Below, one piece after another: positions 27,901 through 41,439 of a stretch of DNA of 64,000 nucleotides. The position numbers and the translations under genes were made by a program. The number at the start of each line of letters is the position of its first letter. Positions within the stretch are counted from its first letter, which is position 1. The stretch is taken from the NCBI GenBank assembly GCA_964016885.1, contig OZ024746.1, positions 56,358,001-56,422,000 of the forward strand, read 5' to 3'. A model generated the notes under the pieces. It saw only the letters and a program-made list of their open reading frames with translations, ran no database searches and was not told where the DNA came from. Source of the stretch: Eledone cirrhosa (taxonomy: Eukaryota).

Positions 27901-28200
27901 TTATTGTAGAACTGTTTTATAATATTACCAACCAGAGAGCAGCAGCAGAATTAATGGCGGTAAATAGTGTTGATAAGGAAATCTAACAAAGAATGGTTAA
28001 ATAAAGAAATAATGAATATTTATTAACAACATCAAAACAAAGACATTTTGCAATTCTATAATAATTAAACCACACCAATTTCCTCTCTATAACTTCATAT
28101 AATATACAACTTTAGTCGCTTCTCCACCTATTGAAATATAGTTATATGTCTTTCTCTAACTCTTCCTTACTGTCTTCTGTCAATCTATCTATATATACGT

Positions 28201-28295
<95 letters not shown>

Positions 28296-29242
28296 AAATA
28301 TATATAGGTAGCTTGGTATGTGAGTGTGAGTAACCGTCTATCTCAATTTGTTTTAAATCTTTCAGTCCATTCTTTTATTGTTACCCTCTATTATACTATT
28401 TACATATCTATCTCCCCCCACCATCTCCATCTTTTTTTTGTATATCTCTCATTTAATTCTTTATGTTACTATCTATTTTTCTATCTATCTGTATATGCAT
28501 CTCTCTATCACCATCTCTAACCTCTTTTGTCTGACTCTTTCTTTCTCTCTCTATGCGTGTGTGTGTGTATATATATATATATGTGTGTGTGTGTATATAT
28601 ATATATATGTGTATGTGTGTATATATATATGTATAAATATATATGTATGTATATATATATACATATATATGAATATATATATGTATATATATATATATAT
28701 TTACATATATATACAATCGTGTATATACGTGTATGTGTGTGTATGTGTGTATGGTCTTTCTGTGTGGGTGTTTTTCTCTACTTTTGTCTGTTATTTATCT
28801 ATCTATGTTCCCAACACTCTATCTATGGGTCTATATATATGTATCTATATGCCTGTCTATCTATCTAAAACTGATTTTCACTTAACACAATGACATAGAC
28901 ACTCTATGACGTAATGCCGTGTAAACTTTCAGCCGTTATCTCTGCAATACATGCAATAATTATCATCATTATTTTTATTTCTATGATTATTATTATTAGT
29001 GCCATTATTATTGTTGTTCATAATTATTATTATTTCATTATTTGATTTCTAAAGCAAAATTAACAACAGAAATAAAATCATAAAACCATATACAACAAAT
29101 TATAAGAAAACACAATAAAATGTTTCGATAACATTATGTGTGTATATATATGTATGTATATATATATATATATATATAGTCACGCATGCGTACATATATA
29201 CACTCACAGACAAACACATATATATAGAGAGATACATATACA

Positions 29243-29328
<86 letters not shown>

Positions 29329-29344
29329 CATATGTATATATATT

Positions 29345-29377
<33 letters not shown>

Positions 29378-29383
29378 GCATAC

Positions 29384-29526
<143 letters not shown>

Positions 29527-30201
29527 CGTACATATATATATATATATACATGATGTATGATTAAATAAATGAATAAATAGATACATACATACTTACTTAC
29601 ATACTTACTAACATATATTCATATATATGGACTGAGAAAAGAAAATCAGAAATTCTGTTTTAATAATGGCAAGAATTCTATTGAAATATTGTCAATGAAA
29701 ATAATAAATATAGTGCTAAACAAACAAGTGAGAATCATTTAAAAATATATTCTGTATAATGGCGAGGCAATTTATTGGATGGTTTCAATGTTATTCTAAA
29801 ATAGAATTTACATAAAACCTATGAGATTCATGTCATGGTAGCTATCACTCTCATACAGCATTCGGGTTCCATGTTTACTTAAATGGGGTACGACGGTATG
29901 ATTCATATATGTACTGTACATGATAATATTAATGTTACAGGCTGCTACTTTTTCCAACCAAATTTCAAATACAGTATTACATTAATGAATATATAAATAA
30001 AAGTACAATCAAACAAACATGCTAATAATGCCTGGAACATGTTTTGAGATGAGTATTTTAGATCAAAAGGCACCGAATTGGGCGAGTAGACAGGATTTGG
30101 AAAGAAGAAATCACGTCGATATCAGCTTGTTATTGCGAGGGTCGATAAATAATTAAGCTACCTGCCTAGTACTGGTTTTTATTTTCACTCTACAAATAAC
30201 A

Positions 30202-30304
<103 letters not shown>

Positions 30305-30754
30305 TACCTCACTCGACCTCTCTTTCTATCTCTCTCTCCATCTCTCTCTCTCTATATATACATATATATATCAGAGTGCACTTTGAAAGCCTTTAAGAGG
30401 ATATCGTGTGAAATCATCCCAGCTTGTAGTCGGACCTCAACCTCATTTTGTATGTTTGGGATAGTACATTATTTGAGACTATTACATATATATATATATA
30501 TGTGTGTGTGTGTGGGGGGGGGGGGGGTATGTGTGTGTGTGTGTGTGTGTATGGGTGTGCGTGTGCGTGTGTGGCTGTGTGTGTGTGTGAGTAGAAGCCT
30601 CTAAGTTCATCAACTGTTATGATACTTTTATGTAAATTCACAACAACATTAATATTGCTAAGCCTTTTAGGGGTGGAATATTATTTTCATTTGTGCACCG
30701 TAGTATAAAAAAGTTTTTTGTTTGTATTTGTGTTTGTATATATATATATATATA

Positions 30755-31350
30755 TGGTGGCTGCCAACTCGTTTTCGAGTACGGCCATTACTTTATATCC
30801 ATGTAGGAGACCTCCTACCGATACGCTGAACGAGTGTGACTTTTTAGTCCAGCCAGCTACTTGAAAACTCTGGTACAAACACTACACTTGTGACAAATAT
30901 TGACACATAGTGCTGGGCCCATGATACGATGTGATGACAAGTGCAGAGAGATCTCCAGATATAAAGCAATGCCTGTGCCGTGAAGCTTTTATAGTGAGCA
31001 AAGGCACTGCACAAAGCCAGTCCCACTCTCTTAACCAATATGATATTTACCAAAAAGAAGAACAAGTCAACATCATTGGATACCATCAGAGTTGCAGGTG
31101 GTATATCAGAGTTTTCCTTCTCCTAGAATTCTGCCTTGACAAAGGCTAAGGGGTCATCTCTCCCGGTGATTTTGGATGGCCATTGATTCTTAAGAGCTCC
31201 TTTGCCCTTTGACAGGTTTTGTTTTTAGTCCTGCAGGATGTCCAAAGACACCCCCCTCACCAAGAAACCTTGGTGGGGTTGCCAGTTTAGTCGCCAACGA
31301 CCCGACCATGAGACAGGTTGTACTGGGATACATGTTACCAGTAGCACAAA
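30755..31350 (-). mobile_element. Second copy of the ~600-bp element at 2630
   Basis: Colinear reverse complement of 2640-3238, flanked by (TA)n. Confidence 0.85.
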
Positions 31351-31423
31351 CTGGTGACCTGACATATATATATATATATATATACAGACACACATATATA
31401 CATAAATATATATATATATATAT

Positions 31424-31486
<63 letters not shown>

Positions 31487-31556
31487 AGAGAGTTAGATAG
31501 CTAGATATGAAAATATACACTAGCAGGCATTGAACAACACGTAAACACACAGGCAC

Positions 31557-31885
31557 TAATAATTGTTTCTACTTTTGGCACAAGGCCATCAATTATAACA
31601 GTGTATTACTGGTACTTTATTTTATCGACCCCGTAAAGATGAATGGCAAAATTAACCTCGGCGGGATTTGAACTCAGACGGTAAAGGACCGTAGCTCTTT
31701 GCTGCAAAGCATGGTTTCCGATCCTCTGCCGATACTGCCAATCCATCGTCGTCTCACGGACACTAATAATGATTTCTTATATAGGCACAAGGCAAGCAAT
31801 TTTGGGGGAAGGGAAAGTCGATTAAATCGACCCAGTGCGTGACTGGTACTTTATTTTATCGGCCCCGTAAGGATGAAAGGCACAG
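31557..31885 (-). mobile_element. Full SINE (31557-31750) plus a 3' fragment of a longer-tailed subfamily (31765-31885)
   Basis: Homology to other copies; the second has an extra GGGTCGATTTAATCGACT block. Confidence 0.85.
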
Positions 31886-32235
31886 TTGTTCACATAAACA
31901 TATTCAGATAGACACACACGCATATCGACACAACTTTCATTAACACGCAACAAAACAGTCACAAACAAATTACACATACTCACACACGCACAAACGCAAA
32001 CGCAAACAGATATACGCACACATAGATGTACACCATCAAGAACTAAATTCGACACTCATATGATCCTATTTTCTTCTGATCTTTCATCCTCTTGTTTTTC
32101 TCCATAATTTACATTTACTGACGACGAACTAACGTTTGAAAGATTGCAATATTTTCTTACCTTTTCTATAAAACGTGAAACTAATTGAGACTGTATGCCT
32201 CTCTACTGTGTGTTTTGTCTTTCTTTTCACTGTAT

Positions 32236-32272
<37 letters not shown>

Positions 32273-32304
32273 CATACATACACACACAAACATACACACA
32301 CACT

Positions 32305-32335
<31 letters not shown>

Positions 32336-32930
32336 GTCTGTGTGTGTCTACGTTTACAAGAGAGGGAGTGCAATGAAAAGAGAGAGAAAAATATAGATAT
32401 ATGAATATACGTATGTGCATGTGCATCTGTATGTGAGTGTGTATCTATGATAGATGATATATATATATATTTTGTTAAATAAACGGTAACACTCCACCAT
32501 TAATATATATATTTTTGGGGCATTTTGTAATTTGTAGATGTAACGATCTATCTATTTATTTGGTTCTAAGTTCGTTCAATCCGTCTGATATAATTATACA
32601 CCACTTACTTGGAATCGAAGCTGTACTTCTAAAAGAGATCTTACTAATTAAATCTAATTATACGCTTTGTAATTAGAACTTGACTTCATTTTATCTATTA
32701 TCAGTACAAAAGCTACTATTGTCCATAATATATTCATTACTTCAGTATTTCTTCGCAAATTAATAAGACTTAGAAATATTCTAGCCACCACATATTCTCG
32801 GTGACTCTTGAATTAATTAAGAAATAGAAATGTCGATGAAATATGCATCCATTGTTGTTGTCATTTCAATTAATAGTATTATTGTTGTTATTGTTGCTGT
32901 TGTCATTATCCTTCCTCTTCCTCTGCTTTT

Positions 32931-33016
32931 CTTCTTCTTCTTCTTCTTCTTCTTCTTCTTCTTCTTCTTCTTCTTCTTCTTCTTCTTCTTTTTCTTCTTC
33001 TTCTCATCATTTTTGT

Positions 33017-33077
<61 letters not shown>

Positions 33078-33087
33078 GCTACTACTA
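32931..33087. repeat. (TTC)n followed by (CTA)n microsatellites
   Basis: Direct inspection. Confidence 0.95.
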
Positions 33088-33093
33088 ATACTC

Positions 33094-33482
33094 TATCGGT
33101 TGAGGGTCGGACGCCATGCTTTGCAGGAAAGAGTTAGGGCCCTTTATGATCTGAGTTCAAATCCCGCCGAGGTTAACTTTGCATTTCATCCTTACGGGGT
33201 CGATAAAATAAAGTACCAGTAATCTACTGGTTAATTGCTGGCCTTGTGCCAAAAGTAGAAACAATTATTATTATCATTATTTGTAAACTGGGGCGGTGAA
33301 TTGGCAGTATCGTAGAGGATCGGACGCCGTGCTTTGACGTATAGAGTTACAGCCCTTGCCATTCTGAGTTCAAATCCCGCCGAGTTTGACTTTACCTTTC
33401 ATCTTTACGGGATCGATAAAATAAAGTACCAGTAATCTACTGGGTAATTGCTGGCCTTGTGCCAAAAGTAGAAACAATTATT
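33094..33482 (+). mobile_element. Two tandem SINE copies (33094-33272 and 33290-33482)
   Basis: Homology to the other copies. Confidence 0.9.
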
Positions 33483-33658
33483 TGTAAACTGCTACAATTT
33501 TCTTAGGACTATTTGTATTGTGACATTTAAATTAAGAAATATTCTTTTTACCGTGTATTTGTCGTTAATGTGGAAGGTGTTGTTGTTTATGTTTTTGTCG
33601 ATGATGATGATGGTAATGAATAATATGATGGTGATGATGATGATGATGATGATGCTGG

Positions 33659-33698
<40 letters not shown>

Positions 33699-34062
33699 AA
33701 TGTAGTTGTTTACGCTGTTTTCAGAGAAATAGTTTACCATATTTCGAGAGAATACCAAAAAATGCATAATAAACAAAATGTCCTGCTCACCCGGTTATTT
33801 GAAAATGTTGACATTGCGTACATTTTAAATAAAAAGGTTATTGAAAAACATATTTGGAAATAACTATAGACATATATAACTATATAAACAATAAATAAAT
33901 GCCTGTATGTTGCTTATGATTGCGAACTTCAGTTAAATAAATTGCTTAAAAAAACGATGTGATGTCGGTTGTGTGTTTCATTGAAAATAAAGAATAAAGC
34001 TCCAACTAAGATTATTAAAGGATAGCGCCAACTTTATTTTGTATCAGCATGCTCATCTATTT

Positions 34063-34247
34063 ATAATTGTTTCTACTTTTGGCACAAGGCCAGCAATTAC
34101 CCAGTACATTACTGGTACTTTATTTTATCGACCCCGTAAGGATGAAAGGCAAAGTTAACCTCGGCGGGATTTGAACACAGACTGTAAAGGGACGTAACTA
34201 TGCTGGAAAGCATGGCGTTCGACTCTCTACTGATACTGCCAATCCAC
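34063..34247 (-). mobile_element. SINE
   Basis: Homology to the other copies. Confidence 0.9.
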
Positions 34248-34557
34248 TTTCATATTTTGTATTATCATTTACTATCATTTCTTTACTTATATGTCTTCAA
34301 ATCTCTCTATCTAACTCTCAGTTATCTATCTATCTATCTATCTCTGGGATGGACACACGCGTATAACTTGCTGAGTAAGTTCTGTTTAAATTTCTATAGA
34401 AATTCTTGTCTGTAAACTTTAATTTTTTTACCATTTTGTAGAGGGACTGCCAGGTCAAACTTTGATCTGGTCAGTCTCTCAAAATATTCTACGCCTGTAG
34501 GCGAAATAGTTAAACAAAAAAAAGTTTTTTCTTGTTGAAATGTTAACATTTTTTTAA

Positions 34558-35793
34558 ATGGCTGAAGCTTCTTCACCAAAATTCGAAGGAGGAAAGGGGA
34601 AGATAAACTTACAGCTTCCCCCTGCCACTGTCACAGTAGCAGAGGTCAAAAAGAAAGGTCAGCCAGAGGAAGGATTTTCTCCACCTGTTGACCGACAACT
34701 TGACGTTGCCATGGCAACAACCCAAAGAACCAGCGGCACCAGCAACAGCAACAACAACAACAATGCGACGGACGAAAACAACACCAATAACAATAACAAC
34801 AACAACAAGACCATTAACTGTGATAACAACAACAATAATAACAACAACACCACCAACTACAACAGCAACACAAACAAAACAAATTTCTCCTTCGCCGAGA
34901 CGGCAAGGAAAACCCTCGACTATCTACCAGTAGATATAACCGAAGCGAAGGAGCTACTGGCAGATGCCAAAAAATATATAGTGTACGGGGAAAATGGTTC
35001 ATTCACGATCCCCCCCCCGGAACTAAAAAGCCAGAGACTCCTAAACACTGTCATGTTTAGGAGAATCTCGAATAAAAGCAAAAAACCAGCTCAACCATCA
35101 CAGAGTGAGATAGAGCTGGTTTTAAAAGACGTCATGAAGGACATCACCTTCATTCAGAAGGATAGACTCTACGGGAGTCTATCGATTCTCATGAAGGACA
35201 GGGACACAGCAGTGAAACTGTCCATCAAACCAATCACATCCACCGCATACACCTTCTACGCTACGTACATGGATAGAAGAACACAAAAAATAAAAATCCA
35301 CACCATCCTGCCGATTATGGACATATGGTGGGTTTTGACAGGTTTCCTGGACCTGGATGATGACACGCTGGTGTCCATGGGAAAGGCATCGGGTGACGCG
35401 TTCAGTGGAACGAGCCTCGAACTTCTAGTTCAAATGAGGCCCGAAAGGATCGCCCAGATCCCTGAACGCGTCATACTTGATGATCAAACTTTCATCAACA
35501 TTACCGTTGAGGGTAGGCGGCCCTCGTGTTACCTCTGCGGAACCAGAGGTCACCTGAGGGCTGTCTGTCCCCAACTTAATAAGAAAACCCCAATCCTGCC
35601 TACACCACCAACAACTGCACAACCAACACAATCACCACAACTACCACTACAAAGACAACCACCACAGCTCAAACCAAAACAAAACAATGTCCAACCCATC
35701 CCCCCCCACTCAAAAAACAAAAACAATTTCCAAAACACCCGCACCGCAAACACAACCCGAAAATATACCCCTCCCCTCAAACGCGGAAGATGA
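34558..35793 (+). CDS. Tx1-like ORF1 (gag-like, CCHC zinc knuckle); originally probably extended to ~36334
   Basis: 411-aa ORF with EGRRPSCYLCGTRGHLRAVC and a poly-N linker. Confidence 0.85.
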   Translation: MAEASSPKFEGGKGKINLQLPPATVTVAEVKKKGQPEEGFSPPVDRQLDVAMATTQRTSGTSNSNNNNNATDENNTNNNNNNNKTINCDNNNNNNNNTTNYNSNTNKTNFSFAETARKTLDYLPVDITEAKELLADAKKYIVYGENGSFTIPPPELKSQRLLNTVMFRRISNKSKKPAQPSQSEIELVLKDVMKDITFIQKDRLYGSLSILMKDRDTAVKLSIKPITSTAYTFYATYMDRRTQKIKIHTILPIMDIWWVLTGFLDLDDDTLVSMGKASGDAFSGTSLELLVQMRPERIAQIPERVILDDQTFINITVEGRRPSCYLCGTRGHLRAVCPQLNKKTPILPTPPTTAQPTQSPQLPLQRQPPQLKPKQNNVQPIPPHSKNKNNFQNTRTANTTRKYTPPLKRGR

Positions 35794-36358
35794 CCCTAGT
35801 TCGTCGTCAGACGAGTAGGAGTACTTCCACACAATCAAAAGAAAAAAAAGAAAACACACCTCAGACACACAAATGAAAACAACCCCTCCCCAAAACATAA
35901 CACTGAGACCAACACAAAAGAGCTCACAACAACAGCAAACAAAAAAACACCACACAAAAACAAAAACATGCATACACATACATAAACACAAGAAACAAAA
36001 AACTGTTAAACAATCTAATAAAAACCCAAGGGCCTTACTTCACCCAGGCAGGGGATTTCCCCCACCTCAAAATGATTTAGGCCCCACAGGACACCTATAA
36101 AACTTTAGAAAACAACTTTAAAGAGGACGTGGGTCCCCCCTGCGTCGGGCCCATTAACCGCGTCCTCCTAAACACTACCCCACCCCCTCCCCAAACACCC
36201 ACACAACTCCAAACTCCCCAACCACACAAAACACTGATGCCCCTACACTTCCACAAACCACCACCCCACCCAACAACCCATCCCCCACCCTAAAGGAAAT
36301 CGTGCAGCCCGATACCCAGGACGCAGAGAGGTAAGTGCCTTTTCTCTTCACCACCAAC

Positions 36359-39300
36359 ATGGCTATGCTAGTAGGCTGTTTAAATGCGCGTGGCCTGGGC
36401 TCAACTTGGAAGCAAGCAATGCTTCTAAATGACCTCAGGTCACAACGTATAGATGTGATGGTTATTTGCGAGGCCCGGATCAGCAAAGTGCGACAGCTGG
36501 CCCCCACCTTTGATGACTTTGAGATGCACGCATCTCTCTGTCAGCCCGGAGGTGGGGTGGGGTTGTCGTTCTGCTGCAAAAACATCTGGGTCTCACAACA
36601 CAGATGGTACATTTGGACCCGGAGGGTCGACTAGTGGTTCTGGACCTTGGCAGTGGTAAAGGCGGAGGGTTTAGTTTGGTAGCCGCCTACGGCCCTTTCA
36701 GGTCAATGCGGCCGGACTTCTTCCATCCTCTGGAGACTTTTCTAGGGACGTCCAGCTCCTTGCTATTAGTGGGGGACTGGAATGGTATCCTAGAGGCACG
36801 CTGGGACTACGTAGGGGCCTGTCCCTATAGAGAGGGGTGTAATAGCCTCAAAGGGTTAATCGGTCGATTTGACCTGGCCGATAGATATCGACTAGATTTT
36901 CCGACTGCGCCAACCTGGACTTGGGCAAATCGTAGCGGATCATCTAGGTCGTACCTAGATAGGTTCTTAGTTAGAATTAAGGATAAGGACTTTTTAAGTT
37001 GTCCAAAAATGCGCATGGTTGGCTATTCAGACCACAAATTAGTGACCTGCATGGTTAACCTTGACAGAACTCATAGACAGGGACCCGGTTACTGGAAGCT
37101 CAACTTGTCCTTACCGGCAAGTAAGGCTTACAGGGACCGGATTAGCACTTTAGTTAAGGAGCGGTTGACGGGCGCCATCGTCAACAGCAGGTGGTGGGGA
37201 TCTCTCAAAAGAGAGATTAGAGTAGTCTCTATAGAATTTAGTAAGGAGTTAGCCTCAAATACGAATAGGAAGGAAAGGGAGTTGGTAGATAGTGTAGAAG
37301 AGGCAATTAGAAGCGGCGACGTGGCCAGAGTGCTAGCGTCGAGAACGGCCCTGGGCCAGTTCTTCGACGCGAAACACGAAGGCTGCATCGTCCGAAGCAA
37401 AAAACGTGCTCTGGTAAACGAGGGGACCAAATTTGTTAGCTGGGCCCGCGTGACAGAAGCCAAAAGAGGGAGCATATCCACTATCCGGTCTTTGCGAGAC
37501 CAGGATGGACGGGTGATCCTTGAACCTAAGCAGATGGGCGAGGTTTTTCAAAAGCACTTTGCCGGATTGTTCGGAAGGGGCGGGGAGCCGGTTGGGGATG
37601 TGGGCTTCGGTCCATACCTCGACGGCCTGCCGCGTCTCTCGGACAGGGAGGCGAAGTCCTGCGAGGAGCCGATTTCAGCCGCTGAGATAGAGGACGTGCT
37701 GAGCCAATGCGGCAAACGTAAATCCCCGGGTCTCGATGGTCTTCCATACGAACTATATCTAGCTAGGCCGGACTCGTTCCCCGATCTTCTCGAGGCGGTC
37801 TTCTGCAACTGGCAACAGAACGGGAGAATTCCCTGTGCTGTGACCAAGGGCGTAGTCACGCTAGTGAGGAAGGTCGAGAACAAGGGGGACGATATAAATA
37901 ATTTTAGGCCCATAACTCTGCTAAATACAGAGTTACAGATTTTGGCCAAGGTGCTAGCAAAGAGGTTGGCGCTTGTCGTGGGTAACCTGGTGGGAGATGC
38001 GCACATGTGCTATCCCGTCCAGGTCCATCCACGATAACCTCCACCTCATGCGATACATCATAGAGAGGGTTGGGAACGAACCCGGCTTTGGTGGGGCCCT
38101 GATCAACTTGGATCAATGTAAGGCATTCGATAGGGTCGACCATGGTTACCTGGATGCGGTGCTAGCGGCGGCAGGCTTCGGACCCGTTTTCAGGCTGGAT
38201 CAATGCCATGCACAGCAGCCGCATCTGCTCGAGGGTCAAGGTGAACGGCTACATCTCGGAGCCGTTCGAAATCGCGCGGTCCATCTGAAAGGGGTGCCCT
38301 CTCTCCTCCCTTCTGTATGTAATGACTCTAGAGCCACTGCTGCGGAAGTTGGAGTTGGTGCAGGGCATCCCGTTGGATCCGGGATTGCGGAAAGCGGTGT
38401 CAGCCTACGCCGATGACGTAACAATAATGGTGTCGACGGCCTCGGAAATCGGGGTGATCGGCACCTTACTGGAGGAGTACGAAAGGTTTACAGGGGCTAA
38501 GCTGAACCGGGACAAGTCGATCGGTCTGCAACTCGGCACGTGGAGGGGCAGATCGATGCCCTCCGATGGCGTCGTCGGGCGCTGGATGGAGGGCCCGGTG
38601 AAGTTTCTTGGGGTCTGGTTCGGACCAGACTTCCAGGTGGAGAAGAACTGGGGTGAGGTAACGAACAGGGTGTTTGCACTGACCCAGAAGTGGGCCGAGT
38701 GCAAACTGTCCCTGAAAGGTCGGGCGGAGGTGGCGAACACTTATATAGCGTCCGTCAGCTACTACCGCCTGACCGTTGTGCCTTGCCCAAGGGAAACGCT
38801 CGCCAAAATGGAACGCGCACTCATCCAATTCCTTTGGAAGAAGCGGGCTCCTATGGTGAGGAGATCCATCTGCTGTCAACACCCTTCGATAGGAGGGCTG
38901 AGGATGCCGTGGCTAATGATACGTAAACACGCATTAAAGCTACGGCACCTTCGGGTATTCCTCTCCGGTCAACCGGCGAGCCTTTCCCAGACACGTCTCA
39001 CTCACCGAGCTGCAATCCTGGGTCAAGCAAAGACCGAGAAAACTGGGCGCCTGGCACACCGAGTGTGCCCAGGCGCTCGCGGCTCTCTGGCAGTTGGACC
39101 CGGCTGTCAGTGGAGAATCCACCTCGTCATTCTATAGAGGGCTGGTGGTTAGCAGGTGCGACGACGCCCTCGGAGAAGCCCTAGGCATGAAGGAAGACGA
39201 AATGGCCAACCTGTTCGGTAGGACATTCAGCCCGGGACCCATGGATAACTTCCAGAGGTCCCTGGCCTGGCAATGCTACAGAAGGGCTCTGCCCGTTCGA

Positions 39301-39768
39301 GAAAGGCTCTACAGACACGGGCGCCCGGGTTGGGACCCCTCGAAAAAGATCTGTCCCAGATGCGTGTGCGACGAGGAAACCGTTGCACACGCATTGGTAC
39401 ACTGCACGGGCATTGCCGATCTGTGGGGCTATGTCGAACAACTGCTGTCAAGGGTGGGACCGATCCGGTTGACCACCGAGTCTATTGTAACGATCAAGCC
39501 GCCTCCCCTCTTCAAAAACGAAGAAGAGGCGGTGTTTCTGTGCGTAATAGCCGTGGCGAAAGAGGTTGTATGGTGGACGCGTCTGAAAGGACTGAGGTCA
39601 GACACCTTTCTCTCTGGCCAACAACTGGTCCGTTTCTTCCGATATCATTTCGGAAGAAGGATCAGGATGGAGAGAGAGGTGCTGCACCCCAGCCGTTTTT
39701 ATGAAAGATGGGTGAAAGTGGCGAGAATGGCCCGTGTGAATGGGCCTTCACTCTACATCAGACTATAG
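36359..39768 (+). pseudogene. Tx1-like ORF2: APE endonuclease + RT + C-terminal zinc finger (frameshifted)
   Basis: LNARGL, VGDWN, SYLDRF, YSDHK, GYWKLN, KSPGLDG, FRPITLLN, DQCKAFDRVDH, AYADDV, CPRC...ETVAHALVHC. Confidence 0.95.
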
Positions 39769-40038
39769 GTGAGGAAGATGAAAGACCAAGGGAGCACCCC
39801 TTCTCTGTGCTCCTGAGGAAAAGGGTTGAACACTTTTTTTCGGGGGTGTGTGCGACCCCCCAAGGCGCCTCCTCTCTATTGAGGACTTTGTTATAAATTT
39901 TATTTTTTGTTATATTTTATTTTATTTTTATATATTGTTATTGCCTCCTCCTTATTGAGGACGCCTTGTTTTGTAAACTCCCCCATTGTACTTGTCCCAC
40001 TGTTGATGCCCTGGTGGCAAATAAAAGAAACATATCTA

Positions 40039-40089
<51 letters not shown>

Positions 40090-40125
40090 GTCTAGCAATC
40101 AATCAATCTATCTATCTATCTATCT

Positions 40126-40678
40126 ATCTATTGTAATGATCAAGGCGCCTCCCCCCTTCAAAGATGAAGCAGAGGCGGTGTTTCTGTGCGTAATAGCCAT
40201 GGCGAAAGAGGTTGTATGGTGGACGCGTCTGAAAGGACTGAGGTCAGGCACCTTTCTCTCTGGCCAACAACTGGTCCGTTTCTTCCGATATCATTTCGGA
40301 AGAAGGATCAGGATGGAGAGAGAGGTGCTGCACCCCAGTCGTTTTTATGAAAGATGGGTGAAAGTGGCGAGAATGGCCTGTGTGAATGGGCCTTCACTCT
40401 ACATCAGACTATAGGTGAGGAAGATGAAAGACCAAGGGAGCACCCCCTTCTCTGTGCTCCTGAGGAGAAGGGTTGCACACTTTTTTCGGGGGTGTGTGCG
40501 ACCCCCCAAGGCGCCTCCTCTCTATTGAGGATTTTGTTAAACATTTTATTTTTTGTTATATCTTATTTTATTTTTATATTTTGTTATTGCCTCCTCCTTA
40601 TTGAGGACGCCTTTTTGTGTAAACTCCCCCCTTTGTACTTGTCCCACTTTTGATGCCCTAGTGGCAAATAAAAGAACA
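40126..40678 (+). mobile_element. 5'-truncated Tx1 copy
   Basis: Near-identical to 39481-40030; flanked by (TATC)n. Confidence 0.92.
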
Positions 40679-40708
40679 TATCTATCTATTTATCTATCTA
40701 TCTATAAA

Positions 40709-41424
40709 ACTTCCAAAAGTCCCTGGCCTGGCAGTGCTACCGAGGAGCTCTACCAGTTCGAGACAAGCTCACTAGACACGGGCGCCTGGGCAGGGACCCT
40801 TCGAAAAAGATCTGTCCGAGATGCGTGCGCGATGAGGAAACTGTCGCGCATACATTTGTACACTGTCCGGGCGTTACCGACCTGTGGGGCTATGTAGAAC
40901 GACTATTGTCGCGGGTGGGATTAATCCAGTTGACCACCGAGTCCATTGTCAGGATCAAACAGCCACACTCCTTCATAAACGAGCGAGAGGCGATTTTCCT
41001 ATGTGTTATGGCTATGGTGAAAGAAGTTATATGGTGGACGAGGTTAAAAGGGCTGAGGTCAGACACCTTTTTCTCTCCGGCGAACAACAGATTCGTTTTT
41101 TCAAATATCATTTTGGAAGAAGAATCAGGATGGAGAGAGAGGTGAAAGATGGCCCGAGTGGTTGGGCCTTCTCTCTATATAAGCCTGTAGGTTGAGGAAA
41201 AAGAGGAAGAGAAGAAGGGAGTACTCACTCTTGGTGCACCTGGAGATGGGGGTTGTACATTTTTTCGGGGTGTGTACAACCCCTGTGTAACGCCCCTCCC
41301 CCCTGTTGGTGATTTCAATTGTTATTTTTTATTTTATTAATAGTTTTATTTTCATACACCTGTATGTAAACTCACCATTTGTAGGTGTCCCCTTCTTTTG
41401 TGCCCGTGTGGCTAAGAAAGAAAT
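40709..41424 (+). mobile_element. 5'-truncated Tx1 copy (sister subfamily, like 60592)
   Basis: ORF2 C-terminus + 3' UTR, ending at TATCTATCTA. Confidence 0.9.
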
Positions 41425-41439
41425 TTATCTATCTATATT

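Larger units (their letters stand above)
34345..40032 (+). mobile_element. Near full-length Tx1/L1-clade non-LTR retrotransposon inserted in (TATC)n
   Basis: 5' UTR, ORF1, ORF2, 3' UTR with AATAAA; TATCTATC at both ends. Confidence 0.92.

Noticed and set aside
32114-32150. CTGACGA-cGAAC-taac-GTTT-GAAA
   Set aside because: Core and stem II are plausible, but stem III and the cleavage site are not; insufficient support
32830-33222. 130-aa hydrophobic ORF
   Set aside because: Poly-F/poly-L from (TTC)n/(CTA)n running into a SINE
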